Shown here one piece after another: positions 52,990 to 64,000 of a stretch of DNA of 64,000 bases. Source of the stretch: Octopus vulgaris (taxonomy: Eukaryota); NCBI GenBank assembly GCA_951406725.2, contig OX597815.1:6696001-6760000 (forward strand). The letters are read 5' to 3'. Below the pieces are notes generated by a model. It made no database searches, was not told where the DNA came from, and saw nothing but the letters and a program-made list of their open reading frames with translations. The position numbers and the translations under genes were made by a program. How positions within the stretch are numbered: position 1 is the first letter of the stretch; every line of letters starts with the position of its first letter.

Positions 52990-54356
52990 GATATCAAAAG
53001 GACTGAATTTTTTAAATTTCAGTCTTGCTGAGGAATTCCATTGTGTAGGGTTTGTTGTGGTTTTGTTTCCTTGTTATGAAAGACCAGTTATAGAACTTTT
53101 GAAACACGACTAAAGAATTATCAGATTTATCACCATTTTTCAGTTGGTTGGAACCAGCTTTTGTTAGCAGGGGAAACTAGAGCAAACAGTTATATGATTT
53201 GCTCAGGGTCACAACAGCTGTTGTTAGGTTTGAACTTATGACCTTGTAATCAGTAATCCAGCGACTTAACCACATGGTCAGTGTACCTCTGAGGTTCTCC
53301 ATTCTACATGCATTTATTTTTTTAAATTCTTTATTGCAATCATTAGAAATAATGAATGCAATGGCTGTGTAGTTAAGAAGCTGACTTCCTGACCATCTGG
53401 TCTTGGGTTCAGTCTCACAGCACAAGACCTTGGACAAGAGTTTTAGCCTCAGGTCAACTAAACCCTTGTTAGTGGATTTGATAGATGGAAACTGAAAGAA
53501 GCCCATCGTGTGTGTCCCTATAAACACACACACACACACACATACAGAGGCATGTCTGTGTGGCAAGAAGTTTGCTTCTCAAGCCCAAGGTTCCACATTC
53601 AGTCTGAGTATGGCATTTTGGGCAGATGTCTTGTATAGCCCCAGGCTGACCAAAGTCTTGTGAGTGGATTTGGTAGGCAGGAACTGAAAGAAGCCTGTTT
53701 TATGTGTGTGTGTGTGTGTTTGTGCCTCTTTATCATGACATGGTGTGATAGTTGTAAATGAGTGTCACTGTCATACAAGCAGTGTCGTTCATTTCTGATA
53801 TTCTGTGAGGACATATCTGGCTGTGGGGAAATGTTACCTTGCTTGGAAATAGGTGAGAGTTGGTGACAGGAAGAGCATCTGGTCGTAGAAAATCTGCCTC
53901 AAATAAACTCCCTCTGACCGATGCAAGCACGAAAAAGGTACCATGTAGTGATACTGACTGGACCTAAAACTATGCATTTGGGAAACAAACTTCTTGACCA
54001 TAATGTCACACTTGGACTCATAAAATATTTGATTGTAATTTTTTTAGTTTTGTATTCATATCTTGGCTCACTGTTGAAGTTGCATTTCACCTGTTGTAGC
54101 TGGTGTAAGGAAGGACACTGAGCCATATAAGCCACACCAAAAAAAGAACAGACAAGCAACACATGGTCCTCCGAACCATCCATGTGATGGGCAGTGTCTC
54201 CAAAGAAGAATTCACTCAGATTGTAATGATCCATCCAACACATGTTAATATGGGGAATGGACATAAAATGATGGTGATGATGAATGTTACTACTTATCTC
54301 TATCCCCACTGATTGCTAAAGTCCTCCATCTCTGTTCAACTTTATTCCTAATACAC

Positions 54357-54605
54357 TATTTACATTTGACGGATATTTGTCCTCATCTTGTTTGTTGTTA
54401 ACACAATGTTTCGGCTGGTGTACTCTCCAGCCTTCATCAGGTGTCCTGGGGGAATTTCAAACCTGGGTTCTCATTCCTAAGGTATTTTTCTGATGGTATT
54501 ACTACTATTATTATTTTTACGGTCACTGCCTGGAATTGAACTCGGAATCTTAGGGTTAGTAGACCACGCTCTTAACCACTACGCCATATGTCCATGGGCA
54601 ATTAT
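54357..54605 (-). mobile_element. Third copy (single arm) of the tRNA-head/hammerhead element
   Basis: Near-identical to 51485-51716. Confidence 0.85.
54400..54445 (-). ncRNA. Minimal type I hammerhead, CG>CA change in stem III
   Basis: GACAC-CTGATGA-A-GGCTGG(agagtaca)CCAGCC-GAAA-CATT-GTGTT. Confidence 0.6.
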
Positions 54606-54639
54606 TCCTAATGTATGGTGTCTTATATCTAAGTTGTTC

Positions 54640-55004
54640 ACGCCGCCGCCGTGGTGATCTCATTCTCGCTCACAACATCATCAGCGGAAAGTGTAACCTC
54701 TCGAAAGAGCTGTTCTTCACTCCTGCTCCAGAGCGTCGGCTGCGGGGTCATTCCGAAAAGCTCTACCTGCGACGATTTCATCTCAATCGAAGGAGAGGAG
54801 CTTTCTCCGTCCGGGTTGCGGATCTGTGGAACAAGCTGCCAGACGAGATGGTGAAGATGCCGACGACCGCTTTGTTCAAAGTCTCCCTTGACCGCAAGTG
54901 GCCTGAACTCTTTACATGAACACCACCCTGTACATAACTCCATGTCCCCCTACATGGCCTTGCTTTTTGCTTTTGAGCCAAAAAATTAACTAACTAACTA
55001 ACTA
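54640..55004 (+). mobile_element. 5'-truncated CR1-clade LINE 3' end with (TAAC)n tail
   Basis: RRRRGDLI...LRGHSEKL...FSVRVADLWNKLP...FKVSLDRKW is a classic CR1 ORF2 end, followed by TAACTAACTAAC. Confidence 0.9.
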
Positions 55005-55311
55005 AAGAATGGCAATTAGCTGTCCTCAAGAAGCCATGTCCATCTTGGCAGAAATGGGGTGCTAAGAGCATATTGTTTATGTCTATGTTCTTGCACCCAA
55101 TCTGTAATAGTCAAATCTTTCCTCACAAATCCCCTCCCTAACACTTAATCCCTCCATCACTTTTCTAACCACAGCATTATTTCCCTGGCTGCTGTAGTCA
55201 TACGAGAACAGAATTATTATTGGTCCCCACTTTTGTGCTCCCAGTTATCCCTCTCCTTCGAACCGCTTTCATTGTCAACCATCTCACATTCTCAATATCA
55301 TTCCTTATTAA

Positions 55312-55541
55312 GGGCGGGGAGCTGGCAGAATCGTCAGCACACCGGGCGAAATGCTTAGCGGTATTTCGTCTGCCATTATATTCTGAGTTCAAATTCTGCC
55401 GAGGTCGACTTTGCCCTTCATCCTTTCGGGGTCGATTAAATAAGTACCAGTTGCGCACTGGGGTCGATGTAATTGACTTAAACCCTTTGTCTGTCCCTGT
55501 TTGTCCCCTCTATGTTTAGCCCCCTGTTGGCAATAAAGAAA
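55312..55541 (+). mobile_element. tRNA-derived SINE family B monomer, Deu/Nin-like core (others: 1492-1690-, 6178-6410-, 10365-10760+, 11036-11263-, 17146-17305+, 26122-26352+, 43391-43612+, 47960-48192-)
   Basis: Head GGCGGnGAGCTGGCAGAA...GAGTTCAAATTC and core CCTTTCATCCTTTCGGGGTCGAT. The Nin/Deu label is from memory. Confidence 0.85.
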
Positions 55542-57090
55542 TTAATATCATTCCTTATTATTTCACTTTTGATTGAATGACCCTTTCAACTGCGCACAGC
55601 CTCATCTCTACCTTCAATGTTCCCCACCACACACCTTTGTCATTCACGTATCTCTAAAGTCCATCACTGTCAGTGTGTGTCCTTCTCCCTACACTTTACT
55701 TCATCTCCCTATTTCTCATCTGTCTATGGTTTTATTGTTGCTCTTTTTAGAGACTGCCACCTATCACCTCCTCCTCCTCCACCCTGACCCACTTCTTATT
55801 TTTCTTTCACCCCCCCTCCCCCAGCTGAGATTCACCGTTGACCTGGCCTCCACCCATTTACCCCATTCACCTCTATTCCCATCTCTGTCACTCTCCTTTC
55901 ATATTCTTGTGAACCTACCCACCTGGCCATCCTTCATTCTCTGCTCCTATTCTCTCTTATGTCCACCTTATACTTTGAGAGTATGTCCAGATGTTGCATT
56001 TTCGTCATTCCTTTTCCCCTTTTCTGCCAAGGTAGCCATGGACCCCTTCTACAGCAAGACCCCCTGTTTCTGTCCCCCTATCATATTTTAGTGTCTCAAG
56101 TCCATACGCAAAACCATCTTCCTCAGTACTGCTCAGTCTTGCTCTGTTGATGGGTCTTCCTTCGCAAGTTACTTGGTGACCTAACTAGATCCAGTGTCAC
56201 AAAAAGAAGCCTCCCTCCCCCAGCTACACTCTGTACAGTCCGACATTGGGAAGGGCATCCAGCTGTAGAAACCGTGCCAAAACTGAAACTGGAATTCAAC
56301 GCAGTCGTCTGGCTTGTCACATCCTGTTGAACGATACAATCCATGCCAGCATGAAACATCATCATCGTTTAACGTTCGCTTTCCATGCTAGCATGGGTTG
56401 GACGGTTCAACTGGGGTCTGGGAAGCCAGGAGGCTGCACCAGGCCCAGTCTGATCTGGCAGTGTTTCTATAGGTGGGTTGCCCTTCCTAACGCCAACCAC
56501 TCTGTGAGTGTAGTGGGTGCTTTTTACCTGCCAGGCGAGGCTGGCAACGGCCACGATCGGTTGGTGCTTTTTACGTGCCACCAGCATGGAAGCCAGTCAA
56601 GGCGGCGCTGGCAACGGCCACATTCGGATGGTTCTTTTACATGCCACCGACACTGGTATCACAACTACAATTTCCATTGATTTTTGAGCGATCTCGATTT
56701 CGAAACACTGCTGTTAAATGAAGACGGCAGAGAAAGGGCTGTTAGTCTCTTCCTAACCTGCTCACCAAGTTCTACATGGAATCAATATTCTGTGCACTCA
56801 ATACTTGCTCTTTAATTGCATTAATCTGAAACATTTGACGCTCAACAAAGTCAACTTTTTTTGGGGGGGGGGTTATTATTGTTCACTCTCTCTTTCTGTC
56901 CTTTTCATGCTTTTACAACAATCAAATGTCAGTTTTTAAACCAATGTTTTAAATTGGTTTAATTTTTTTTATGTAAAACTCTAGTTTGAATTTTACAACA
57001 GAAAAATTCAAACTAGAGTTTTTTTACTTAAGTTACAGTGAAGTTATGTTTGCGATAATGTTTGTTTTAATTCTTCCAATTCCATTGTAG

Positions 57091-57282
57091 GTGATGCTCA
57101 AAAATCTTTCCAATGAAACTAGAACCAAAGTTAATGGTAATAATATTGATGTGGAGACTCTGAATGACCAAGATATATTTACCATTGACGAGCGTTCTTT
57201 CCGGTTTGAAGTTTTGGAGGATCAAAAATCAAAAGTTGGCAAAAAGACCCCACAGAAAGAGATTAAGATCCTTTCTCCAAAG
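57091..57282 (+). CDS. MKI67: Ki-67-like FHA exon (VMLKNLSNETRTKVNG...DQDIFTIDERSFRFE...ILSPK), 192 nt
   Basis: Matches the FHA C-terminal half (NFSSTNPTQVNG...GDVITIIDRSFRYE). Acceptor ttgtag, donor AAG|gtatag, phase 0 to 0. Confidence 0.92.
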
Positions 57283-57289
57283 GTATAGT

Positions 57290-57502
57290 CTTTTACTCTT
57301 TTACTTGTTTCAGTCATTTGATTGCAGCCATGCTGGAGCACCACCTTTAGTCAAGCAAATCGACCCCAGGACTTCTTCTTTGGAAGCCTAGTACTTATTC
57401 TATCAGTCGCTTTTGCTGAACCGCTAAGTGACAGGGGTGTAAACACACCAGCATCGGTTGTCAGGCGATGTTGGGGAGACACACACAGACACACAAACAT
57501 AT

Positions 57503-57533
<31 letters not shown>

Positions 57534-57697
57534 CGACGGGCTTCTTTCAGTTTCCGTCTACCAAATCCACTCACAAGGCTTGGGTCGGCCCGAGGCTATA
57601 GTAGAAGACACTTGCCCAAGGTGTCATGCAGTGGGAATGAACCCAGAACCATGTGGTTGGTAAGCAAGCTACTTACCACACAGCCACCCCTACACCT
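57290..57697 (-). mobile_element. SINE family A copy starting about 8 nt after the Ki-67 donor at 57282
   Basis: Reverse complement of the family A consensus. Confidence 0.9.
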
Positions 57698-58100
57698 ATC
57701 ATTTTGGCTTGTTTATATTACTTTTAGAAATTGATTAATCTCCTCCTTCCTGGGCCATTCTTATTTCTTTTATCCCCCCAAACCACCACCACCATTGGTA
57801 TTTACCATTGATCGCATCTCCATCCTTGTAAGAGATTCGCTACATTCACCTGTACCCCCATCACTAACAATCTATCACTCTCCACTCACACCCCTATCGA
57901 CCTATCCATCCACCCTTCCTGATTCTTTGTCCGCTTTCCCTCTTATACTCACCTTCTGGTATCTTGAGGGTACACCCTGACACCTCATCACCATTGTCAT
58001 TGTTTCTTTTTCAACTACTCCTACCCACCCTTATATGATGTGGGGTAGTCATGCACCTCCCCTATAGCATGACACTTTTGCCTACCAGCCTGCCTCTCTC

Positions 58101-58144
<44 letters not shown>

Positions 58145-58479
58145 TTCCACACTTTAGCCTCTCAATGCCAGGCATAAAAAACCATCTCCATCTCTCTCCT
58201 ACAACTCCAATCAGTTGAGGAGTCTTTTTCTTTGACTTGCAAGTTACTTGGTCACCTCAATAGCAACAGTGTCACAATAAAAAGCACCCAATACATTCTG
58301 TAAAGGTGTCCAGTATGTGGGAACCGTGCCAAAACAGACATTGGAGTTTGGTACAATGTTTTGGCTGATTGGATCCTGTCAAACCATCCAACCCAAGATG
58401 GTGGTAATGAATTTACTGAGCATGTGACGATGCTTATCTACAACCATCAAGTGATGTCAAAACAAGGCTGCAAACACGT

Positions 58480-59281
58480 GTGCACACACACACACATGCC
58501 CACACACACACGCCCACACACACACGCCCACACACACACGCCCACGCCCACACACACACGCCCACACACACATGCCCACACACACACGCCCACACACACA
58601 CGCCCACACACACACGCCCACACACACACGCCCACACACACATGCCCACACACACATGCCCACACACACATGCCCACACACACACGCCCACACACACATG
58701 CCTGCACACACACGCCCACACACACACGCCCACACACACATGCCCACACACACACGCCCACACACACACGCCCACACACACACGCCCACACACACACGCC
58801 CACACACACTCACGCCCACACACACATGCACGCCCACACACACATATAATCTCATGCTTCTTTTGGTTTCTAACTGCCAAATTCGCTCGCTAGGCTTTTT
58901 TTACACACACGCCCGCACACATTCTCTTGATGCCGTTTGCACACACGCTAAGTTACACACATGTAAACATACACACGCCCACACACACACGCCCACACAC
59001 ACACGTCCCACACACACATGCCCACGTACACACACGCCCACACACACACGCCCAGCACACACACGCCCACACACACACACGCCCACACACACATGCCCAC
59101 ACACACACGCCCACACACACATGCCCACACACACACACACACCCACACACACACGCCCCCACACACACGCCCCCACACACACACGCCCACACACACACGC
59201 CCACACACACATACCTGCACACATATAATCTCGTGCTTCTTTTGGTTTCTAACTGCCAAATTCGCTCGCTAGGCTTTTTTT
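58480..59281. repeat. (CACACGCCCACA)-type minisatellite, two blocks each followed by the same ~60-bp unique segment
   Basis: atataatctc(a/g)tgcttcttttggtttctaactgccaaattcgctcgctaggctttttt at about 58843 and 59223. Confidence 0.93.
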
Positions 59282-61418
59282 AAGCCAGGTACTTATTCTC
59301 TTGATCTCGTTTGCCAAACTGCTAAGTTACAGGGATGTAAATATATCAACATGGGTTATCAAGCGGTGGTGGGGACAAATACACACACGTCCCCTGGCTC
59401 CTGTGCTGGTGGCATGTAAAAAATAACCAACCGAACTTGGCCGTTTGCTAGCCTCCTCTGGCCCCTGTGCAGGTGGCACGTAAAAAGCACCCCCTACACT
59501 CACGGAGTGGTTGGCGTTAAGAAGGGCATCAGTTGTAGAAATGCCAGATCAGACTGGAGCCTGGTCAGCTCCTGCTTCCCAGACCCCGGTCGAACCGTCC
59601 AACCCATGCCAGCACGGGAAAACGTTAAACGATGATGATGATGAAAGGCTTCTTTCAAAACTTTTGTTGGCCCAATAGTAAATCCTTTAAGGTGCCATTT
59701 AAATTTTTTCTCTTTTTACAAATATTTATTTTTGATAAATATCCCAGCTAATTTCAGTAGTTTCATCATTTTATGAATTGCACCATTAGAGCAGTTTTGG
59801 GATCTTCTTCGTGGCACTGGCCCTATCCCTCTCTCTCTCTTTCGGAGAGGCACTGAGCAGCTATACACACACGGCAGTAACTTCCACCTACCGAATTCAA
59901 TCACAAAGCTCCGGTCGGCTCGGGGCTATAGCGGAAGACACCTACCCAAAGTGCCACGCAGTGGGACTGAACCCAAAACCATGTAGTTCAGAAGCAAGCT
60001 CTCTAACCACACAGCCATGCCCGTGCCTCTTGTTGTATAACCCTTCAGCACTTAAACTACCCATACCCAACCCAAGTATTCTACCTCACTCCATATTTTG
60101 TTCATGGTGAGCCATTTGAGTTGCACAGCCAGTCATTGAAGGACAATGATAATATCATAAGAGGGACCTGTCTCTTGTGTCACTTTGCAGTGTCTACAAA
60201 TATTTCCAGTCTTTGTAAATTCCCAGCTGAATTTCAGGAGTTTCATGATTTTACCCCTGTGAAATGCACTGCTTCCCACACAGTCTGGTTGGGGAAAACT
60301 GTGAACTGACTTGGTGTATTTCCACCTATTTGTCTACAGTAAGAAATGCGCTCTCCATTACAAAATACACTGAATAGCTTTCTTATGGTTTCGAATAAGC
60401 CTCAAGCATATTTGAACTCATCATCATCATCGTTTAACGTCCACTTTCCATGCTAACATGGGTTGGACGATTGACTGAGGGCTGTCGAACCAGATGGCTG
60501 CACCAGGCTCCAATCTTGATCTGGCAGAGTTTCTACAGCTGGATGCCCTTCCTAACGCCAACCACTCCGAGAGTGTAGTGGGTGCTTTTTACGTGCCACT
60601 GGCACGGGGGCCAGTCAAGTGGTACTGGCAATGACCTCGCTCGAATCTTTTTACACATGGCACAGGTGCCAGTAAGGCGACGTTGGTAACGATCACGCTC
60701 AAATGGTGCCCTTTTACGTGCCACTGGCACGGAAGCCAGTTGGCTGCTCTGGCAACGATCACGCACATACTAGCACAGGCATAAGTGCCAGTAAGGCGAC
60801 GCTGGTAACTATCACGCTCGAATGGTACCCTTTTATGTGCCACTGGCACGGAAGCCGGTTAACAAGTTTATTTATACACATCTCTATTTAGGATTTCATT
60901 GTGATCCCTTGAGAGATTAACCCATTCAAGCTGATCATCCGTTTAAACCGAGTCACTCAATTTATAAGGGTGTGAAACAAATACTTGATACAAATTATGA
61001 TTTGTGTATGAAGCTCTTTTACCTGTTTCAGTCATTTGACTGTGGCCATGCTGGAGCACCGCCTTTAGTCGAGCAAATCTTACAGTCATGAGTCCAACAC
61101 CCTAACCACTAAGCCATGTGCCTCCACTTCATTTCCCACTGCTCCAATCCACCCAGTTGCTGAAAATGAATAGTCCTATGATGGAATGGTGTCCCATCCA
61201 GGGAGGAATATATATGCCAAGGAAACTGGGAAACCAGCTGTATGCTTCTTATGGGGTGATGTGGACTAAGCACATCATTCCATAAGTGATAGGGACCCCG
61301 GTTGAGAATCCCTGTATTATTGAATTAGTTTTGCCCCAATTGTATAAACTGGATTTGTTTAGTTTCTCCAAAGCTTTATGGCTTTTGTGATTTTTACTTT
61401 GTGTCTCTCTTGTTTTAG

Positions 61419-62426
61419 CTAAATCTCCAAGTGGTGGAACCAATACAAAGTCAAATAGAAGAAATAGCCAAAGAGAAGCGACCTCTTCACCTGAGCCCGG
61501 AAGCAAGGCAGCTTCTCCCAGAAGAACACCACTGAGTGAATTGAGTTCTGCAGGAACAAGTCAAAAAGTGGTTTCAGCTGGTAAAGCGAAAGATTCTTCA
61601 CCTTTGAATGGGATTCCAATTCACGAATGGAGAAGTCGTTCAACTACTCCAAAATCAGCTAAACTTGACCGAACCAGTTCCTCAGAGAAACAAAAGAAAA
61701 GGCACAAATCTCTAGAAAGATTTGAATCTCCTCGGCTGTCTAAGAAAGATAATGTTCTAGATGACCCTTCTCCAAAGAAAACAGAAGCCTCTAACGATCC
61801 TGTTAAAACGCCTAAAGCAAAATCTGTCTCAGCCTCTCCTGCCACGACACCAGCTTCGGCAAGGAAGAGCCGTTCTACAACACCAGTTTCTAAAAGTTCA
61901 AGGCAAAGCGGTGTGAGCTCTGGCTCTCCTAAGAGCCCTGAAGAAGATTCAAAACCAGCATCTGGGAAAAGCAAAAGCCGGGCAAACAGTCCAAAAAGTC
62001 TGGTTAAAAATGGTGACTTGGAATTAAGTGGCAAAAATAAAAGTGAAGAAATCCATTCGGTTAAAGACTTGAAAAGGAAATCTACAACTTCATGTGATAC
62101 GGATGATGCCAGTGACGGCACTAAGACGTCCAAAACTCACCGGACACCTTCAAAGTCTCCAGTTAAAGAAACTGAAAGTAAAGTTTCTAAAAGGAAAAGC
62201 CTGAATTTAACGGAATCGAGTTCGCAGGTGACGAGTGAAACACCTGGTTCCAAGGATAAAAGTAGGAGTCCCTCACCAAAATCACCTGTTAAACAGTTGA
62301 ATAATTCCACAGCAGCAGGCGGTCAGTCTGCAAGATCAAGTCCATCCAGTACGAAACCTTCGCCTGCAAATAGAAAGTCAGTTGGAAATGTTCCTTCTCC
62401 AAAGATGGTGTCAGCTGGCAACTCAG
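61419..62426 (+). CDS. MKI67: Large basic Ser/Lys/Pro/Thr-rich disordered exon of the Ki-67-like gene, 1008 nt
   Basis: Open frame across 1008 nt with many S/T-P-x-K/R CDK-type sites. Acceptor ctctcttgttttag, donor CAG|gtaata, phase 1 to 1. Assigned to this gene by position and composition; see the phase-mismatch finding. Confidence 0.8.
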
Positions 62427-62482
62427 GTAATATGATCTTTCCACACTTCGTTATTTCATTGTTATTATTATTAAGGTAGCAA

Positions 62483-62990
62483 AGGTGGTGAGCTGGCAGA
62501 AACGTTAGCACACAAGGCGAAATGCTTAGTGGTATTTCGTCTGCCACTACGTTCTGAGGTCGACTTTGCCATTCATCCTTTCGGGGTCGATAAATTAAGT
62601 ACCAGTTACGCACCTGGGTCAATATAATCGACTTAATTCCTTTGTCTGTCGTTGTTTGTCCTCTCTATGTTTAGCTCCTTGTGGGTAGTAAAGAAATAGG
62701 TATTTCGTCTGCCGTTACGTTCTGAGTTCAAATTCCACGGTGGTCGACTTTGCCTTTCATCCTTTCGGAGTCAATAAATTAAGTACCAGTTACGCACTGG
62801 GGCGATATAATCGACTAATCTGTTTGTTTGTCCCTTCTGTGTTTAGCCCCTTGTGGGCAGTAAAGAAATAGGTATTTTGTCTGTCTTTACGTTCTGAGTT
62901 TAAATTCCACCTAGGTTGACTTTGCCTTTCGAGGTTGATATAAGTACCAGTTATACACTGGGGCCGATATAATCGACTTAATCCCTTTCC
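62483..62990 (+). mobile_element. Head-to-tail trimer of SINE family B, about 55 nt after the Ki-67 donor at 62426
   Basis: Junctions AAAGAAATA|GGTATTT at 62698 and 62870. Confidence 0.85.
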
Positions 62991-63358
62991 CCTAATTTGA
63001 GGTCTTGTGCTTCCAGTAGAAAAGATGATTAAGGCATTGAGCTTGCAGACTTGTTAGAATGCTGGACAGAATGCTCAGTTTTATTTCATTCGTGTTTTGA
63101 TGCTCTGAGTTCAAATTCCACTGAGGTTGATTTTGCTTTTCATCCCTTTGGGGACAATAAAATAAGTACCAGTTGAGCAGAGGGATCAATGTAATCAACC
63201 AGGCCCCTCCCCCAAAATTTCAGGCCTTATGCCTATAATAGAAAGAATTTTTATTATTACCAATTCTAGGGCAATTTTAGGATTGGTAGAATCATTAGAC
63301 TGTGAAACAAAACGTCTTACAATATTCATTCTGACTCATGTTCCTAGTTCAAAGTTTG

Positions 63359-64000
63359 TTAACCCCTTCGTTACTGTATTTATTTTGAGATGCTGTGCAG
63401 GTGGCACGTAAAAAGCACCCACTACACTCACGGAGTGGTTGGCGTTAGGAAGGGCATCCAGCTGTAGAAACATTGCCAGATAAGACTGGAGCCTGGTGCA
63501 GCCTTCTGGCCCCGGATCCCGGTCGAACCGTCCAACCCATGCTAGCATGGAGAACGGACGTTAAACGATGATGATGATGATGCTCTCTGTTTCTTTCAAT
63601 TAATTTTAAATATAACAAAGAATTTAGTAAAATAACATGGTTATCATTAAGCTAGTGTTAGGAACATAAATTGTGACTAAGGTTTGCTGGAAGATTTTAT
63701 TTCAAAACTTATGAAAACAAAACATTTGCACTTCAGACCCAGAGGCAGTTTCAGCCAGGTTGGTATCAAAAGTGTTAAGAATTGTTTCTCTTTTATATAT
63801 TTTAACCCTTTTGTTACTGTATTTATTTTGAGATGCTCTGTGTTTCTTTCAATTAATTTTAAATATAACAAAGAATTTAGTAAAATAACTTAGTTATCGT
63901 TCAGTTAGTGTTAGGAACATAAATTGTGACTAAGGTTTGCTGGAAGATTTTATTTCAAAACTTATGAAAACAAAACATTTGCACTTCAGACCCAGAGGCA
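63359..64000. mobile_element. Two adjacent copies of a TTAA-bounded (piggyBac-like) MITE; the first is interrupted by an RTE tail at 63395-63582
   Basis: TTAACCC starts at 63359 and 63802 with near-identical ~230-bp bodies. The first ends AAAAGTGTTAA. Confidence 0.6.

Noticed and set aside
61621-62133. 170-aa antisense ORF
   Set aside because: Shadow frame of the Ser/Lys-rich sense exon.

Overview
AT-rich, repeat-dense eukaryotic genomic DNA, most likely from an octopus (coleoid cephalopod), judged from the SINE/RTE families and microsatellite load; this is recognition, not a database result. Two intron-containing genes diverge across about 28 kb of intergenic repeats. TAF12 (TFIID subunit) is on the minus strand, with three coding exons, a probable 5'UTR exon and an NRF1/YY1 promoter near 9.2 kb; its last exon was not found and probably lies left of the window. 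A Ki-67 (MKI67)-like gene is on the plus strand, with three FHA-domain exons, a 1008-nt Ser/Lys/Pro-rich exon and a candidate E2F/CHR promoter near 36.9 kb; it continues past the window end. The rest is tRNA-derived SINEs, LINE remnants (RTE, CR1, CRE, R4/Dong), Helitrons, mariner, Merlin-like and piggyBac-like MITEs, one LTR and microsatellites. The most notable observation is a repeat that joins a tRNA-like Pol III head to a minimal hammerhead ribozyme; it occurs as a back-to-back pair plus a third copy in a Ki-67 intron, and other minimal hammerheads occur in unrelated repeats. Exon boundaries were read by eye from splice signals; repeat boundaries are approximate.
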